Shown: in pieces, positions 61,203 to 64,000 of the stretch
How the letters are laid out: the number at the start of each line of letters is the position of its first letter
Numbering within the stretch: the first letter of the stretch is position 1
Source of the DNA: a virus
Reading direction: 5' to 3' (one strand)
IMG/VR virus record: IMGVR_UViG_3300010389_000008
DNA length: 64,000 nucleotides
Translations under genes and position numbers: made by a program
The notes under the pieces: model-generated
What the model was told of the DNA's origin: nothing
What the model saw: only the letters and a program-made list of their open reading frames with translations
The model's database searches: none

Positions 61203-63800
61203 CTACAGCAGCTCGTCCCAGCAAGGAGGTGCATCTGTCTCTGTCTTTTGCTGGACGTTTTCCCTATTCCCCTCGGAATTTGTCCCATTGGGAAGATCCG
61301 TTGGCACCACAGGGTTTTCCAATGGGACAGGCTGATTGTTGTCCCATTGGGAATGGATGCACCTATCTGTCCTCGTCCCGTCATGGACATCATGAGGCGA
61401 TTCAAATGGGACAAAAGGGGCTGTCCCATTGGCTGTCCCATTGGGTTGTCCCATTGGGAACCCCTCTCCATCACTGGGATCTGCTCCAATGGGACAAAAC
61501 TCGTCAAGACACTCTCCCCGCGCATGAGAACCTAGTTTTTTGTATAACTCGATACCATTTTTAGTGCAAGCGACAAACGACTTCTCTTTCTTCCCGTTGT
61601 CACGGCTCTGAGCCAGCGGTTCAAAGCTCTTGATCAGCTCTCTGGCCTCTAAACGCTGAAGAGATTTCCTGATTGCTGAGGTGGAAGCCTTAGCCCCGCC
61701 GTCAGCTCCCACCATGGTCTCGATTTCAGAGCGTTTAAGGGTTCGGTTCAGCTCCGTCGACTCTCTAATGACGTTGTGGACACGGTCGTAGACAGAGACT
61801 GATCCCCCCGGCCTGAAGCGTTGTACGGGCGTGAAGTCCTCCAGGTCCATGGTGAAGTCCTCATGGAGCAGGGTGATCAGCTCATCCCCCTCACGGCCTG
61901 AGCGGCTCTTACCGATGGTGATCTTGCGCCTACGGAACGTGTCATCCCCCCAGGCGTTTTCCTGCATCTCCTGATCTGTGGGCTTCGAGATCGACCACGT
62001 TTCCGAAACGGCATCACGGATCGATGAGTGGCCCCTAAAGCCGCCCTGCTTGTTGTTGTGATGGATCACTACAAACGTGCATTTCGGAAATGCAGTTCCG
62101 TTATTGGCTTCAAGCCAGTAGAGCGGGGCTGAGACGATCTGTTTGTTCCCGTCCACGGTCGGCTGGCTGGCGGCCAGCGAATCGATGATCACCAAAGCCG
62201 GTTCAAGTTGGCGGATCTTGGAGGCCAGGCGGTTGGTGTGACGCAGCCTGAAGTCGTGATAGACGTGAAACCAGGGCTCGTTGGCAATGCCTTGAGCATC
62301 TAGCTGTTCCTCCAAGGTCTCCAGCGACTGGTCAGCGTTACACCAGAGCACCGGCCCTTGCTTAACGGGCATGTCGGCTCCCCGGACCTTGAAAGGCAAA
62401 CCGCGCCCAATGTGCTTAGCCAGCACCTGACAGGCCAATGACTTTCCGCAGCCCCCATCCCCATGCAGGAGCACCGTGGAGGGGCGCTTCAGCACATCAG
62501 GGATCAACCAATCGGTACCAGTGATCAGGGCCTGACGAGCCTTGAAATCGAGGGTGTCACCCGACCGCTTGTAGTCCTCATCCTCCTGCAGGAGAAGACG
62601 GATTTGATCCGCGTCTTTACGGACCCCGTAATCCCCAGCAAGTTGAAGCAGCTCCAGATCCTGCTCTGCAGGGTTTGGGAACTCCTCGATGATCCTTCTG
62701 GCGACCTGAAGCAGAGATGGCCCCTCTACCGGGTCGTACTTCTTGACCTCCTGTGTTTTCTGAATCTCCCGGAAGTCATCGGGGTAGCGCTGACCCACCA
62801 GATCTGCGATTTCCTGGAGATATCCCTGCAGCGCAACTGGAGAAGGGTCTCCAGCGTTGATATCGCGCTCTCTAAGGGCATGCAGAAGCTTTAGAGCATC
62901 CCCGCCTACTTCTTCTTTATGGCAGTACCAGTTGAGATTTTCAGACCAGATGGTGAAGCTTTTCCCACTGTTGCTGTCGTGGAAGGGACAGCCTCCAACA
63001 AGCGTTCCTTTCTCTGTGTTCTCCAGCGTCAGGGGCTGAAACTCCCAGACTTCTGAGTTGTAGATCTGAGTAAAGCCTTCCTCGGATTTAAGGAGCTTCT
63101 CCAGCAGGCCGCCTTCCATAAAGAAGTGACGACGCATCTGCCTATAAGTGAAGTCGGTGCTGGCGTCCTGCCTTTCCAGATAGCTCTGTGGCAAGAACGG
63201 ATGTACCTCAGGGGCGTCACCGGCCTCGGACATCATGAAATCGATCAGCCAGCCAGGTGCCTGGGCTACGACTCCACCGTTGTAATCAATCCACTCGTAA
63301 GGCTTCTTGGTATCCGGATGCTTAGAGCCGGGGATCACGGAGTAGCAGCCGTTGTACCGGACGCAGACCTCTTCATCACTGCCCTTGAGTTCAGGAATGA
63401 ACTGGGCCTTCGTGAACTTGGTGAAGAGAGGCCTCACCCCATCAGGAACCCTGTAGAGCAGTTGCCGCCTTCCAGGCCTTCCACGCCAAGACATGGTTCC
63501 GGGCTTTGTGACCTCAGGCCACTTATCACTGAGAACCTCCTTGAAAAGCTCCTCAGCTCTAGGTCCATCAATATCGACTGCTACCAATCCGTTGCTGGCA
63601 TCTCCAGTCACAACGCCAAGGCCTGTCTGACGGTGGCGACGGCTATTGATCTTCCCGAGAGTCTTCTCTGTGTCTAGAGGGTCTGAAGATGTCCCCTGAC
63701 CAAAGGCGTCTTTGCCCCTCACCAGTACCCATTTCCAGTCCTTAGGCAGCAGGTTCCGACGTAGCTGCTCGTCGGCAGCCAGCTGGGGCGTGAGGTCCAT
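61203..63800 (-). CDS. Bifunctional primase-polymerase / Zn finger / RecA-type (AAA_25-like) helicase
   Basis: GVVTG...LVAVDIDG, SVIPGSKHP; CPFHD...WYCH; HGDGGCGKS, LVIIDSL, IHHNNK...RGHS. Confidence 0.92.
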   Translation of the reverse strand: MDLTPQLAADEQLRRNLLPKDWKWVLVRGKDAFGQGTSSDPLDTEKTLGKINSRRHRQTGLGVVTGDASNGLVAVDIDGPRAEELFKEVLSDKWPEVTKPGTMSWRGRPGRRQLLYRVPDGVRPLFTKFTKAQFIPELKGSDEEVCVRYNGCYSVIPGSKHPDTKKPYEWIDYNGGVVAQAPGWLIDFMMSEAGDAPEVHPFLPQSYLERQDASTDFTYRQMRRHFFMEGGLLEKLLKSEEGFTQIYNSEVWEFQPLTLENTEKGTLVGGCPFHDSNSGKSFTIWSENLNWYCHKEEVGGDALKLLHALRERDINAGDPSPVALQGYLQEIADLVGQRYPDDFREIQKTQEVKKYDPVEGPSLLQVARRIIEEFPNPAEQDLELLQLAGDYGVRKDADQIRLLLQEDEDYKRSGDTLDFKARQALITGTDWLIPDVLKRPSTVLLHGDGGCGKSLACQVLAKHIGRGLPFKVRGADMPVKQGPVLWCNADQSLETLEEQLDAQGIANEPWFHVYHDFRLRHTNRLASKIRQLEPALVIIDSLAASQPTVDGNKQIVSAPLYWLEANNGTAFPKCTFVVIHHNNKQGGFRGHSSIRDAVSETWSISKPTDQEMQENAWGDDTFRRRKITIGKSRSGREGDELITLLHEDFTMDLEDFTPVQRFRPGGSVSVYDRVHNVIRESTELNRTLKRSEIETMVGADGGAKASTSAIRKSLQRLEARELIKSFEPLAQSRDNGKKEKSFVACTKNGIELYKKLGSHARGECLDEFCPIGADPSDGEGFPMGQPNGTANGTAPFVPFESPHDVHDGTRTDRCIHSQWDNNQPVPLENPVVPTDLPNGTNSEGNRENVQQKTETDAPPCWDELL
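61281..61506. repeat. Iteron-like array TGTCCCATTGG x8, putative replication origin
   Basis: Copies at 61281+, 61319-, 61340+, 61403- (1 mismatch), 61422+, 61434+, 61447+, 61496-. Confidence 0.8.
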
Positions 63801-63812
63801 GTCGTCCTCTAT

Positions 63813-63856
63813 TGTCCTTACAGAGACACGGTAACGAGCCTGTCCAGTACGGGATG
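63813..63856. promoter_or_regulatory. Tandem operators in a divergent intergenic region
   Basis: TGTCC-TTACAG-AGACA (63813-63828) and TGTCC-AGTACG-GGATG (63841-63856), 28 bp apart. Confidence 0.6.
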
Positions 63857-63974
63857 AAATCGGGCTCTACTGTCCTGTATGCAAAATGTGCATCCTTACT
63901 TAATGCCCCTGGCTAGGCGAGGTGGACGTTTATAGCTTAGTTTTGGATTCCCTGAGCACGGAGCACTGCAGTGC

Positions 63975-64000
63975 ATGACCTACATGGTGCTATCTCCACC
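63975..64000 (+). CDS. Start of a divergent ORF running off the window
   Basis: ATGACCTACATGGTG..., open to the window end. Confidence 0.3.

Larger units (their letters stand above)
1..64000. mobile_element. Temperate siphovirus (cyanophage-like) genome segment, unintegrated form
   Basis: Complete head-tail-lysis-integration-replication gene set, no host housekeeping genes, att core with phage genes on both sides. Confidence 0.93.

Noticed and set aside
61281-61506. CRISPR or mini-array
   Set aside because: 11-bp units in mixed orientation with irregular spacing; no cas genes
61172-61564. Overlapping ORFs with MGQ repeats
   Set aside because: Alternative readings of the iteron DNA
54859-63800. 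Inteins or introns in nrdJ, polA or the helicase
   Set aside because: Lengths are ordinary; no C/S...HN splice motifs or LAGLIDADG blocks seen

Overview
The whole window is one tailed-phage genome segment with no host genes. It is most consistent with a temperate siphovirus of picocyanobacteria (Synechococcus/Cyanobium-like host, inferred from the DUF4278 gene, NtcA box, glutamine-II riboswitch and cyanophage-type small ORFs). Order: RusA (5'-truncated) and HNH; a dense early region of small ORFs (1.8-8.5 kb); terminase, DUF1073-type portal, basic head proteins, DUF2213, decoration protein and DUF2184 capsid; a lambda-like long non-contractile tail (G/GT frameshift, 1560-aa tape measure, M, L, K, I-J); tail fibres, five of them on the opposite strand; lysis; an intact attP (3' half of tRNA-Ala-GGC) with tyrosine integrase; and a leftward replication block (class II RNR, dCTP deaminase, PolA, primase-helicase). 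Phage genes on both sides of the att core indicate the unintegrated form. Main unexplained signals: (1) a nitrogen-sensing cassette (NtcA box, glutamine-II riboswitch, DUF4278 GS-inactivating-factor-like gene) beside attP; (2) a palindromic operator TGTCC-N6-GGACA at early, integrase and replication promoters; (3) an A_AAA_AAG -1 frameshift in the holin-like gene; (4) a shared SEIRND/RxD motif across head proteins; (5) a circularly permuted M23 domain in the tape measure protein; (6) an iteron array inside the primase-helicase gene. All family assignments come from motif recognition by eye; no database searches were run.
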